Shown: positions 27,044 through 35,832 of the stretch, in pieces
Layout: each line of letters opens with the position of its first letter
Numbering within the stretch: the first letter of the stretch is position 1
DNA from: a virus
DNA: 64,000 bases
IMG/VR virus record: IMGVR_UViG_3300023202_000336
Span: 1 to 64,000 of that record
Strand: one strand, 5' to 3'
Position numbers and translations under genes: made by a program
Notes under the pieces: model-generated
The model's input: the letters and a program-made list of their open reading frames with translations, nothing else
Databases searched by the model: none
Told to the model about the DNA's origin: nothing

Positions 27044-27676
27044 ATGCGATACGTTACCACCCTCCTTACCACTCTTTTCATTCTGGCGATTACCGCGACT
27101 GGGCTGTTCGCTGGAGAAGCTGCTGCTGAGGCTGTCGAGTCAACTACTGCGGACGAAGGTAGCCTTTGGCTGAAGGTTCTCGGGACGGTTATCACCGCCG
27201 TATTCGCTATCCTGTCCGGCTTTCTCGCGAAGCGATTCAATGCTGACGTCGAGCAGCGAAAGATCGACGCGACCAAGTCGCTTATGGAGCAGAAGAATTT
27301 CATCATCGATAATCGGATCATTCCGTTCGCGATCAGTACGATCGAGCACTGGCAGATTACGCAGCTTCCGAAGATCGTTGCTGATCTCAGCGACGGAGGC
27401 GATTTCAAGTGGAAGGATCACTTCGAAAATCTGAAGTCGTACGTGAAGAAGCGTATCATCAAGAAGTTCGCGAAGGAGAACATCGATATTCTCGAGGAGC
27501 TCGGTGAGGAAGAGCTCGATAACCTGATAGATCGTCTCATAATGAAGCTGATCACGTATCTCCCGCCGAGCGTCAAGCAGTTCCTCCCGAAGCAGATCGT
27601 CGATAAGCTGACCGACTTCGGTACCGCCTTCGCGGTCGAGAAGGGGAAGGAGCTGCTCGGTGTCGACGGGCAATAA
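27044..27676 (+). CDS. Holin-like membrane protein
   Basis: Two hydrophobic segments (TTLLTTLFILAITATGLF; LWLKVLGTVITAVFAILSGFL) ahead of spanin-like genes. Confidence 0.55.
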   Translation: MRYVTTLLTTLFILAITATGLFAGEAAAEAVESTTADEGSLWLKVLGTVITAVFAILSGFLAKRFNADVEQRKIDATKSLMEQKNFIIDNRIIPFAISTIEHWQITQLPKIVADLSDGGDFKWKDHFENLKSYVKKRIIKKFAKENIDILEELGEEELDNLIDRLIMKLITYLPPSVKQFLPKQIVDKLTDFGTAFAVEKGKELLGVDGQ

Positions 27677-27890
27677 GCAGCCGCAGGTGGTGACACCGAA
27701 GTATCGCTGGACCATAGAGATTACACGAGAGGCCGACGGGGAATCCCGTGGAAGCGCAAACGCTCTCATCGGTCGCGATCTGATCAGGTCGCCGTTGATG
27801 CGGTCTCACGATGGCGAGGCGGTTTTCCAGTCCCTGAAGGACTGGATAGAATGCTACGAGGAGCAGCCTGATGTGGTCAAGCATAGTTAA
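27660..27890 (+). CDS. Small hypothetical protein
   Basis: GGAG upstream of GTG; overlaps both neighbours. Confidence 0.45.
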   Translation: MSTGNKQPQVVTPKYRWTIEITREADGESRGSANALIGRDLIRSPLMRSHDGEAVFQSLKDWIECYEEQPDVVKHS

Positions 27891-28101
27891 AGGCGTTGTC
27901 GAAGCCCTCGGCAGCCTCCTGCTCGGTTGGATCAAGGAAGAGCAGGCGAAGTCCCACGAGTGGGCCGCAAAGGCTCGGAAGCATCAAATCGAATCGATGA
28001 AGAAGGCTCGTGAACTGGCGAGGAAGACCTCTGATCGGATCCTCGAGGCGCGGAAGAAGAAGCTCTCGGTAAGCTCCTGGAACGAAGGGGCGACTCGATG
28101 A
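27871..28101 (+). CDS. i-spanin-like (Rz-like) protein
   Basis: GAGGAG SD; N-terminal hydrophobic helix followed by a helical charged domain; ATGA-coupled to a lipoprotein. Confidence 0.6.
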   Translation: MWSSIVKGVVEALGSLLLGWIKEEQAKSHEWAAKARKHQIESMKKARELARKTSDRILEARKKKLSVSSWNEGATR

Positions 28102-28367
28102 ACGCAGTGAAGATCGCGTTGGTCTGCGCTTTTGCGTTTCAGCTTTCCGGGTGTTTTACGCGCTACGTTTCCGCGCCGGAGATGTGGCCAGTTCCCCCGA
28201 AAATCGAGCGTCCAGCCATCCCTGGAGGCGCTGAGGACCTCAGCGAGCGTGAGCAGATTCTCATGCGGTATGCGTTGGAGCTGGAGGCGGCCTATAACAG
28301 TGTTCGCGAGAACACAATCCAGCACAACGTCGATGCTGGACTAATGGAGCCAGAAGAGGTAGAATAG
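28098..28367 (+). CDS. o-spanin-like lipoprotein (Rz1-like)
   Basis: Signal peptide with lipobox LSG-C followed by Pro-rich PVPPKIERP. Confidence 0.7.
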   Translation: MNAVKIALVCAFAFQLSGCFTRYVSAPEMWPVPPKIERPAIPGGAEDLSEREQILMRYALELEAAYNSVRENTIQHNVDAGLMEPEEVE

Positions 28368-28417
28368 ATCCGCTAGCTTGGTAGCTGAAGCTGGCTCTCC
28401 AGGGGGAATGGAGAGGT

Positions 28418-28452
28418 AACTAGGCCCGGCCGACTGGTCGGGCCTAGTTTTT
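28418..28452 (+). terminator. Intrinsic terminator
   Basis: AACTAGGCCCGGCC-gact-GGTCGGGCCTAGTT 14-bp stem followed by a T run. Confidence 0.85.
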
Positions 28453-28491
28453 GAGCCTTTCGAATGTAATATCCCCTAAAAAGGAGCAGCC

Positions 28492-28956
28492 ATGCCGCTG
28501 AAGGGCGATTCCAAAAAGGTTATAGAATCAATGAAGGACACCTACGATTCTGAGCAGAAAGCTGAAGAAGTGTTCTACGCGACGGCGAATAAGGAGGATC
28601 GCGACCCTGAGACCTGGAAGAAAGAGGGCTCGACAGTGCTTAAGTCAGTTCTTCGCAAGAGAGCACAGCTCTCTCCTACTCAGTGGGGTATTTCTGGAGG
28701 CGTTGGTGGCGGTCTTGTAGGTGCTGGCATTGGTACTGCGATCGGAGCTCCTGCGAGTTTACTCTACTACATTATTCAGAAGGCCCGTGGCAGAGACCCC
28801 GAGTTTATTGATACGATTGCGAAGGGTACTGGGGTTGGAGCACTTACTGGTGGTGGTCTGGGCGCTGGTCTGGGTGCTTATAGGGGTGCTACGAGAGCGA
28901 ATGAGTTTAATCGACAGTATTCTCATGCATTGAGTAAGTCCCTTGGCCATGCGTAG
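28492..28956 (+). CDS. Gly-zipper protein, first of the K-x-A cohort
   Basis: AAAGGAG SD; KRA-Q; two GxxxG-rich hydrophobic segments. Confidence 0.8.
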   Translation: MPLKGDSKKVIESMKDTYDSEQKAEEVFYATANKEDRDPETWKKEGSTVLKSVLRKRAQLSPTQWGISGGVGGGLVGAGIGTAIGAPASLLYYIIQKARGRDPEFIDTIAKGTGVGALTGGGLGAGLGAYRGATRANEFNRQYSHALSKSLGHA

Positions 28957-29731
28957 AAGCGCTCCGCCGCGTCCTAAAGCGCAGCTTAAAAATCTCCTCA
29001 TTAAGAACGCAGCCTTTGCGAGGGGCCTGAGAAGAGCGGCAGTTGATATCGGCTCTCCGCTTCTGGGCGCAGGGACTCTTGCTGGTGGTGGTTACGCTAC
29101 TGGCGTTGAGAGTCCTCTGGATCTCGGTGCGCTCGCACTTCTCGGTGCGGCAGGCGGGACGAGAGGTGCTCGGCACACGTATATGGGCGGCACTCCTGGA
29201 GAGGCGCTTCGGCAGGCTCGAAAAGGTAGCTTCGATACCCCGCTCTGGAGAAAAGGGTTCGAGTACACCGATCCGAGTTCCGGCGTAACACGTAGGCTTA
29301 GCCGCGAGACTCCTGTCGAGGATATCGAAGCTGCTCTGAAGCCGCTTGCCTCTCGTCAGAGTGCGCGGGCGGTAACGCTTGGTGCGGGTGGGAAAGCCGG
29401 TATCGGCGCACTTTTCCCTGCGGGACGCGCGATTACTCGGACCTCTGAATTTATCGAAGAAGCTGGGGACGATATCGAAGAGATAACTCGGAAGTACCAG
29501 GAGGAGGGGGTGCCTCTTCGCCTCACGACCGGTGAGGGAGGGGAAAGTCTGGCCGAGGGAATGAAAAAGAGCCTGGAAAAAGGGCTGGAGAAAGGCTTCA
29601 CGGTGAAGCACGAGCTTCCGGGCATTCCCGAAGGCGTGAAACGATATGCGCCGTGGGTACTCGGAGGGGCAGGTGTACTTGGAGCGGCTGGGCTGTTGTA
29701 CTGGTTGCTACGAGATAAAGATAAAGACTGA
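28949..29731 (+). CDS. Gly-zipper, tail-anchored protein
   Basis: KNAA near the N-terminus; C-terminal hydrophobic helix plus RDKDKD. Confidence 0.75.
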   Translation: MRRSAPPRPKAQLKNLLIKNAAFARGLRRAAVDIGSPLLGAGTLAGGGYATGVESPLDLGALALLGAAGGTRGARHTYMGGTPGEALRQARKGSFDTPLWRKGFEYTDPSSGVTRRLSRETPVEDIEAALKPLASRQSARAVTLGAGGKAGIGALFPAGRAITRTSEFIEEAGDDIEEITRKYQEEGVPLRLTTGEGGESLAEGMKKSLEKGLEKGFTVKHELPGIPEGVKRYAPWVLGGAGVLGAAGLLYWLLRDKDKD

Positions 29732-29745
29732 TTACGGGGTGAGGC

Positions 29746-32700
29746 GTGGGCGAGTACGCTCCGGGTATACCTTCTCGTGGAGAATTCGGCGACCCCGCGC
29801 GCCTTCGACCCGGTCTTGCCGAGTGGGTCGTGCAGCAGCATCTCGCCGAGCGAGCCGGCCCGCACTACGATGTGCGGCTCGGAACGCCTGAGACGGGACT
29901 TTTATCGTGGGCGGCGAGGAAAGGACTTCCCGAGCCAGGGAAGCGTCACCTCGCTGTTCAGCAGCCGGTACATACGCTTCCGTATGCTGAGTTCGAAGGA
30001 CGTATTCCGAGCGGGTACGGGGCTGGCGAAGTCAAGAAGGCCGATCGTGGCGAGGTACTCATTCTCGACGCGAAGCCCGATAAGGTGAGCTTCGCAGTTG
30101 CTCATAAGAAGTTTCCGGAATATTTCACGCTGGTGAAACCGAAGGGGTTCGGTGGCGATCGTGACTGGCTTCTGATCAATACGACACCGACGAAGATCGT
30201 CGAGAACAAGAAGATCAGATACACGAAAGTGCCGGCTGAAGAAGTCGAGAAGATGTTCGATGAGCGCTATCTCGCTTCTGAGAAGATCGATGGCGCTTCT
30301 GCACTCGTCCGTTTCTTAGATGACGATATTGATATCATTTCCTACCGTGCATCGAAATCCGGTCGTCCGATCGTTCATACGCACCGCCTCTCTGGTACTC
30401 CGCTGAAGTCGGATGTCCCGAAAGAGTGGAAGAAACGGATACTGAAGGGAGAACTCTACGGTGTCCGGAAATCGACAGGTGAAGCGATCCCACCGCAGGA
30501 ATTGGGAGGGATACTGAATGCGTCGCTTGCTGAAGCGATTCGTAAGATGGGTGAGCAGGATGTGGACCTCAGAGTCGCCCTCTTCGACGTCCTCGGAGAA
30601 GAAGACAAGCCGTACCCCGTTCGGAAAGAACTCCTTGAGGAGGCGCTCAAGATACTTCCGGAGGACAAATTCCACCTCCCTCGAATGGCTGAAAGACCAG
30701 AGGAGATGCGTAAGCTCTGGGAGGAAATCGAAGCAGGCAAAAGCCCCTACACACGAGAGGGACTCGTCTTTCACCCGAGAGAAGGAGGAAAGCCGCTGAA
30801 GGTGAAGCGTACACCGGAGGCGAAGGTTGTCATTCGCGACATCTTTCCCGGGGCGGGACGTCTCGAAGGTACCGGTGCTGGCGGTTTCGAGTACTCGATC
30901 GAAGAGGATGGCCCGGCTGTCGGACGCGTTGGAACCGGTTTCACCGAAGAGATGCGCCGTAAGATGTGGAAGAACCCTGAAGAGTTTGTCGGGCGTGTCG
31001 CTCGGATACGAGCTCAGGATCAGTTCCCGCGTACCGGCGCGTTCCGAGCGCCGGCCTTTATAGCTCTGCATGAGGAGTACGAGAAATTGCCCGAAGAAGA
31101 GGGAGAGGAGAACAAGAAGCAGTTTCCGAAGGTAGCCGGTTTCTGGGCAGACGTCGCTATGGAGGCGCTCAAAGGCGGCCTCAGCGGCGCGTCACTCGGC
31201 GGGTATCTCGGGCACCAGGGGGCCTACGGTTGGCGTGGGTTCGAAGGGGACCCGAGCGCAACTGGTGGAGCTGTGCGGATGGGTCTCGCTGGCGGCGCGG
31301 CAGGCGCGGTTGCTGGTGGTATTTTCAATCGCATCCGCGAGTATTTGCGGGACACTGAGCTTGAGCGAAAGATGCGTGAGTGGGAAGAGCGGATGGAAGG
31401 GAAAAAGAAGAAGAACGAGAAAACTGCCGCGAAAGCTGACGTTGGTCTTTATCGAAACGACGTGAAGTATCCGACAGCGACCGGTGGACGGCCGGTACGT
31501 GCTTCGAATGCGGTGTTGATGGGGCAAATCGGGAAGCCTGAGCGTTATGCTGGTGGCCTTCCTGTTTATAACCAACAGGACGGCGAGCGTACGAAGATTG
31601 CCGAAATCATCGAGAAGGTAAAAGGAAAGATCGCTCAGAATCTTTACCCCGACGCCGGTGAAGACGCGCCTCCGGGCGTACAGCAGGAGATCGATCGTTT
31701 CAGGTCGATGCCCCCAGAGGATCGTGATCGCCCACTTCTTTACTATCTGCTCGGGGAGGGGACGCCTGATTACAAGATGTCGAAGGAGGACGCTGAGTAT
31801 CAGGAAGAGCCGAAAGGCGATCAGAAGTGTGGCAATTGTGAATTCGCGTACAAAAAGGTAGTCCGCAATCAGTTCATCTGTTCGAAGGTCGAGGGCGATA
31901 TTAAGCCGGAGGCATGGTGTAAATTCTGGGCTCCGAACGAGGAGAAGCAGAAGACCGCTGGCGAAGCGCAAAAAGCGCCTTCTGGTGGTAAACAGATTGA
32001 TTGGATCGTTTATGATTACGACGGTAACCTGCTTTGCATCGCATTAGATAATGAGGGCGAGGGTTGGAAGCTGACCGAGTGGGTTAATTTTGAGGGCCTC
32101 TCGCAGAATAAGTTACGAGAGATGCTTGACATGGGGTTTATGACCATGTTGGAGGCAGCGAAAGGGCGCGACAGTTACACCTACATCATAGGTAATCACG
32201 CCTTCGATTGGGCTGACGAGAACAGTTCCTACTTCAAGGAACTGTTAGGCGATAAGTTCGAAGGTAAGAACTCTGTTTCGATTGATATCGATTTGGACGA
32301 GTTCAGATCTCAAGTGGAGAAGCTGGTTGCGCCGAAGGATGTTACTTTCAAGAAGGAGGCCGGTGAGGAGCGCGAACCAGAAGTCGATAATCATTCGTCA
32401 GCGCCACAGCATAAGATGCGACCGAGAGCGGAACTTATCCTTTTCACGAAAGGCGGCGTCTATGCGATTGATAAGGGTGATTACCTCCTCTTTCCTGGTG
32501 GTGGTGTCGACGACGGTGAAGAGCCTCGCGATGCGGCTATTCGGGAGACGATCGAGGAATCGAATCGTCACCCGATCAATGTCGACCAGTCCGGTATCGT
32601 TGAAGCCGTCTGGCCTGAAGACAGTGGAAATGACTTTTGGGACGATTCGAAGTTCGATGGAGAACGGACGTACTTCTTTCTCGGCGTCGATTCCGGAGAA

Positions 32701-34221
32701 GCTGGAGTTACGCATGACGACCAGGAGAAGTTCGAAGTCAAGTCGTTCGATACGATCATCGATCGATTGGGTGAGCTTATCGAAGACGAGAGCCAGCAGT
32801 GGGCCCGGCGGAACAACGAGATTCGACGTGAACTCGTAACGCGAGCGAAAGAGAATGCGCAGCGAGACGAGGGGATGAAGCCGATGAAACGTGCGAGCAG
32901 TTTCGAGGACTTCGTGGTCAAACGGGCTCAGCAGTATCTCGATAAGGGGATGTTGCCGCCTCCGTGGCTCTACGATGAAGTGAAAGAGGGTCAGGAGTAC
33001 GATATCACGCAGCAGGAAGAAGTGGTCGGTGACGCACAGGCCCCGGCGCAGCCGGCGCCACCTCCGATGCAGCAGATTCAGCAAGCGACTCCCGAAGCGA
33101 GATATCAGATTTCAGGAGCGCCAAAAGATTTCGACGAAGCGTTTGCTGATCAACTGCGTCAGCAGGTCACGCCGCAAGCACAGCCGGGGGCGCAGGTCCA
33201 GCCACGAGCCCAGACAGCTCCTGGAGGCGGTGTCGGTGCGCCTTACAAGGCTGCACAGGCGATCACGCATTCAGGAGCGTTTCGTCAGAGTACCCCCGAG
33301 CTTGTTACTTCCGGTGGTTCCGGTGATACGCTTCAGGACGAGCGGGAAGAGTATGGTGTTCCGGAATCGATGATGACGGAGCCCGGAGACGTCGGTAAGT
33401 CGACGAACGCACCTGCGATCGGGACGAATATCGTTCCGCCGCTCCAGAATGATCTCGAGAAAGAAGCGTCATTGAAGGAACGGATACGCCGGAAAGTAGC
33501 TGAAGCTGTTCCGTCGCCCCTTCGCTCGCTTACTGTTTTGATGCAGATAAAGGCTGCCGCTATGGCGCTCGAGGAAGAGTTGCGCGTCGGAACGAAGGAG
33601 GAGCTGGAGCATACGTCCGATCTGGATGAGGCAGAAGAGATCGCGCGTGAGCATCTCGAGGAAGACAAGAACTACTACGATAAGCTCGAAGACGCTGGTC
33701 TTTTGGACGCGACTCGTAACAAGGAGAAGAAAACCGCTGACGTTGTCCAGCTGATGCCGAGGCGTGAACAGATCCTTTTCACCCCTGAGGGAAAGCTGGT
33801 AGCACGTCCGACTGGTCGACGTCGGTTCGAGCTTCCGCAGGAAGGGCCGGGCCGCCCTGTTCCTTACGAGGAGCGTATCCCGTTCATCCCTCCGACTGGT
33901 ATCGAAGAACCCGGCTTCCATGGATATGATGTCGGCCTCCATATTGGCGAGGTTCCAGAAGTTCCCGAAGGGTTCGAAACAGTCGACCCTGAAGAGGCGC
34001 TGAAGCAGTTCTACGGAAGCATGGGTATCGCTGAGAATCGGCCGTATCGGCAGCTCGATCGTGCACGTGCACGCGCGATCCTTCGCTACCTGAAGCGCAA
34101 GAAGAAGGAGCGCGAAGAGGAGCGGCAGGAGCCGGTCACGGACGAGCCGATGAATCGTCCAGAATTTTCTACAACCGAGGGGACATTTAGTGAGGCGCCA
34201 GGGGCTGTTCGGGACTATTGA
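29746..34221 (+). CDS. Polyprotein: LigD-type 3'-phosphoesterase, ATP-dependent DNA ligase, Gly-zipper, HiPIP-like, unknown domain, Nudix, DUF5661-like
   Basis: QQH-x7-HYDVRL...H.LPY (PE); EKIDG, KGELYG, LFDVL, EGLVF, LKVK, VGTGF (ligase/OB); C-x2-C...C...WC (HiPIP); GGGVDDGE-x7-RETIEES (Nudix); EHT.D...A.EIA.EHL.ED.NYY.KL (DUF5661). Confidence 0.9.
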   Translation: MGEYAPGIPSRGEFGDPARLRPGLAEWVVQQHLAERAGPHYDVRLGTPETGLLSWAARKGLPEPGKRHLAVQQPVHTLPYAEFEGRIPSGYGAGEVKKADRGEVLILDAKPDKVSFAVAHKKFPEYFTLVKPKGFGGDRDWLLINTTPTKIVENKKIRYTKVPAEEVEKMFDERYLASEKIDGASALVRFLDDDIDIISYRASKSGRPIVHTHRLSGTPLKSDVPKEWKKRILKGELYGVRKSTGEAIPPQELGGILNASLAEAIRKMGEQDVDLRVALFDVLGEEDKPYPVRKELLEEALKILPEDKFHLPRMAERPEEMRKLWEEIEAGKSPYTREGLVFHPREGGKPLKVKRTPEAKVVIRDIFPGAGRLEGTGAGGFEYSIEEDGPAVGRVGTGFTEEMRRKMWKNPEEFVGRVARIRAQDQFPRTGAFRAPAFIALHEEYEKLPEEEGEENKKQFPKVAGFWADVAMEALKGGLSGASLGGYLGHQGAYGWRGFEGDPSATGGAVRMGLAGGAAGAVAGGIFNRIREYLRDTELERKMREWEERMEGKKKKNEKTAAKADVGLYRNDVKYPTATGGRPVRASNAVLMGQIGKPERYAGGLPVYNQQDGERTKIAEIIEKVKGKIAQNLYPDAGEDAPPGVQQEIDRFRSMPPEDRDRPLLYYLLGEGTPDYKMSKEDAEYQEEPKGDQKCGNCEFAYKKVVRNQFICSKVEGDIKPEAWCKFWAPNEEKQKTAGEAQKAPSGGKQIDWIVYDYDGNLLCIALDNEGEGWKLTEWVNFEGLSQNKLREMLDMGFMTMLEAAKGRDSYTYIIGNHAFDWADENSSYFKELLGDKFEGKNSVSIDIDLDEFRSQVEKLVAPKDVTFKKEAGEEREPEVDNHSSAPQHKMRPRAELILFTKGGVYAIDKGDYLLFPGGGVDDGEEPRDAAIRETIEESNRHPINVDQSGIVEAVWPEDSGNDFWDDSKFDGERTYFFLGVDSGEAGVTHDDQEKFEVKSFDTIIDRLGELIEDESQQWARRNNEIRRELVTRAKENAQRDEGMKPMKRASSFEDFVVKRAQQYLDKGMLPPPWLYDEVKEGQEYDITQQEEVVGDAQAPAQPAPPPMQQIQQATPEARYQISGAPKDFDEAFADQLRQQVTPQAQPGAQVQPRAQTAPGGGVGAPYKAAQAITHSGAFRQSTPELVTSGGSGDTLQDEREEYGVPESMMTEPGDVGKSTNAPAIGTNIVPPLQNDLEKEASLKERIRRKVAEAVPSPLRSLTVLMQIKAAAMALEEELRVGTKEELEHTSDLDEAEEIAREHLEEDKNYYDKLEDAGLLDATRNKEKKTADVVQLMPRREQILFTPEGKLVARPTGRRRFELPQEGPGRPVPYEERIPFIPPTGIEEPGFHGYDVGLHIGEVPEVPEGFETVDPEEALKQFYGSMGIAENRPYRQLDRARARAILRYLKRKKKEREEERQEPVTDEPMNRPEFSTTEGTFSEAPGAVRDY

Positions 34222-34993
34222 GGTTCGTGATTCGGACGGATCACGTGAGTTGCTGATCAACGATCAGCGTCAAGGTGGGTCGTATCTTTTTCCGGATGCC
34301 TCTTCCGTCTCCGATCGCTCCGGTCCTGGCCCGGTTTCGAGTTCGCCGTATCACTATGGTTGGCTCATCGCAGGCGTTATGAATCCGACCGGAAGCGGAC
34401 TCATGACTGGCCTTGGAAGCGGCGCAGGTGCGGTTCAGTTGCTTGCGAACTTTTCAGGCGTTGATCTTACCGTCGTTGAGATCGATCCGAACGTGGTTCA
34501 ACTCGCGCTGAAGGCGTATCCGTTGATCGGCCATTACATTAATCTCGGCCAACTGAATATCGTGATCGACGACGCAGGTTCGTACCTTTCCCGTCGATAC
34601 GATAAATGGGATTTCGGCCTCGTTGATACCTACGATGGCGCTGATGCGCTCATTGATAAGTCGCTTCCGAAAGTCGCCGATCGCTGCGAACATCTCTACA
34701 TCAATGCGATCGATCGGTTCAACGGGCCTTCGATTTCGAAGATCACGGCGATAATGGCGGTACTCGAGAAGCCGATCGTCGAGGTTTTCAAGATCACGAC
34801 GCCAGAAGCAGTCGCTTTCTACGAGGATCGGTCGAACTGGATTCTCACGACAGAAGAGCCAGACTGGGTTAAACTCTCGAAATTCGAGCCGTTTCGGGAC
34901 ATTGATCACCAGAACGCCGATCGGGCCCGATTCATGTGGGACTACTTGCTCTCGAGCTCGATCTCGGAAGTTAACCCGCTCTTGCAAAATTGA
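34190..34993 (+). CDS. Spermidine-synthase-like class I SAM-dependent transferase
   Basis: GLGSGAG, VEIDP, IDDA and LVDTYDG motifs. Confidence 0.8.
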   Translation: MRRQGLFGTIEVRDSDGSRELLINDQRQGGSYLFPDASSVSDRSGPGPVSSSPYHYGWLIAGVMNPTGSGLMTGLGSGAGAVQLLANFSGVDLTVVEIDPNVVQLALKAYPLIGHYINLGQLNIVIDDAGSYLSRRYDKWDFGLVDTYDGADALIDKSLPKVADRCEHLYINAIDRFNGPSISKITAIMAVLEKPIVEVFKITTPEAVAFYEDRSNWILTTEEPDWVKLSKFEPFRDIDHQNADRARFMWDYLLSSSISEVNPLLQN

Positions 34994-35010
34994 GGAAACA
35001 GCGATAGTGT
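34982..35010 (+). promoter_or_regulatory. Promoter candidate
   Basis: TTGCAA-N17-TAGTGT; spacer aligns with the 14832 candidate (GAAACAGnGATA). Confidence 0.4.
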
Positions 35011-35025
35011 TCCACGAGGAACACT
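35006..35025 (+). promoter_or_regulatory. Hairpin sequestering the SD of 35029
   Basis: AGTGTTCC-acga-GGAACACT perfect 8-bp stem overlapping GAGGA. Confidence 0.5.
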
Positions 35026-35028
35026 TCC

Positions 35029-35805
35029 ATGGGTATCAGCTACTGTAAGGACCTCTCCCGTTTACCGGCGAAAGCGAGGGCTCAGAAAGTGGAAGGAAAC
35101 GAGGGGCTCCCGAAGAACGCGGCGGTCGCCGGAGCAACAAGCAGTGCGATCAAGGTCATACGAGGTGAGGATCCGGATTCCCCGGTAGAATATCTCGATG
35201 AGGTCGGAGGCGGGTCTGCACCTGCGCCGAATAACGATGATAAAGCCGTTTACGTCAGGCACCCTCCAGAGGAGCTTTTGAAGCGTGGCATCAAAGAGGA
35301 TCCAGCTGCGCTCAGCCGGGTTCCCGACCGCGTGAAGACGGCCGAGGACGTTCAGAAGGCGCAGGAGAGAAAGCAGGAGGAGCGGTCAGAGGAGCATATT
35401 CGGCCAGCTCCAGCGCCGGAGCCCGCGCCGGTCAAAGCGGCCCCGAGGGCAGCTTCGAAGCCCGAGGGCGGAGAGCGGAAAACGACGAATTTCGTCGGAC
35501 GTCATCCGGCCGCGAAGCCGCTTGAGAAGGTACGTCTTGCGATCTCGAGCCCGACGATGGGAAAGGTGCGAACGACTGCACTTTACGTCTCCGTGTCGCC
35601 CTCTATCGTAGCGATTATCTATTCCGGCGAAGATGAATCGAATATCTTCGAGCCCCCGGCACTCGGCAAAGAGAACCCGATTACGGTCGAATATGATGGG
35701 AATTCGTATGAATGCTGGTGTTTTGGATTCAGTTCAGAAGTCAATATCCCTGCGTTCGGGAATGCGCCGGCTTTGTTGGTTGTTCTGCCCCGCTGTCCTG
35801 AATAA
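35029..35805 (+). CDS. Hypothetical protein
   Basis: 258 aa; Pro/Ala linker and a folded-looking C-terminal domain; precedes the portal. Confidence 0.75.
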   Translation: MGISYCKDLSRLPAKARAQKVEGNEGLPKNAAVAGATSSAIKVIRGEDPDSPVEYLDEVGGGSAPAPNNDDKAVYVRHPPEELLKRGIKEDPAALSRVPDRVKTAEDVQKAQERKQEERSEEHIRPAPAPEPAPVKAAPRAASKPEGGERKTTNFVGRHPAAKPLEKVRLAISSPTMGKVRTTALYVSVSPSIVAIIYSGEDESNIFEPPALGKENPITVEYDGNSYECWCFGFSSEVNIPAFGNAPALLVVLPRCPE

Positions 35806-35832
35806 CCTTGCGTAATTATATAAGCGAGAATC

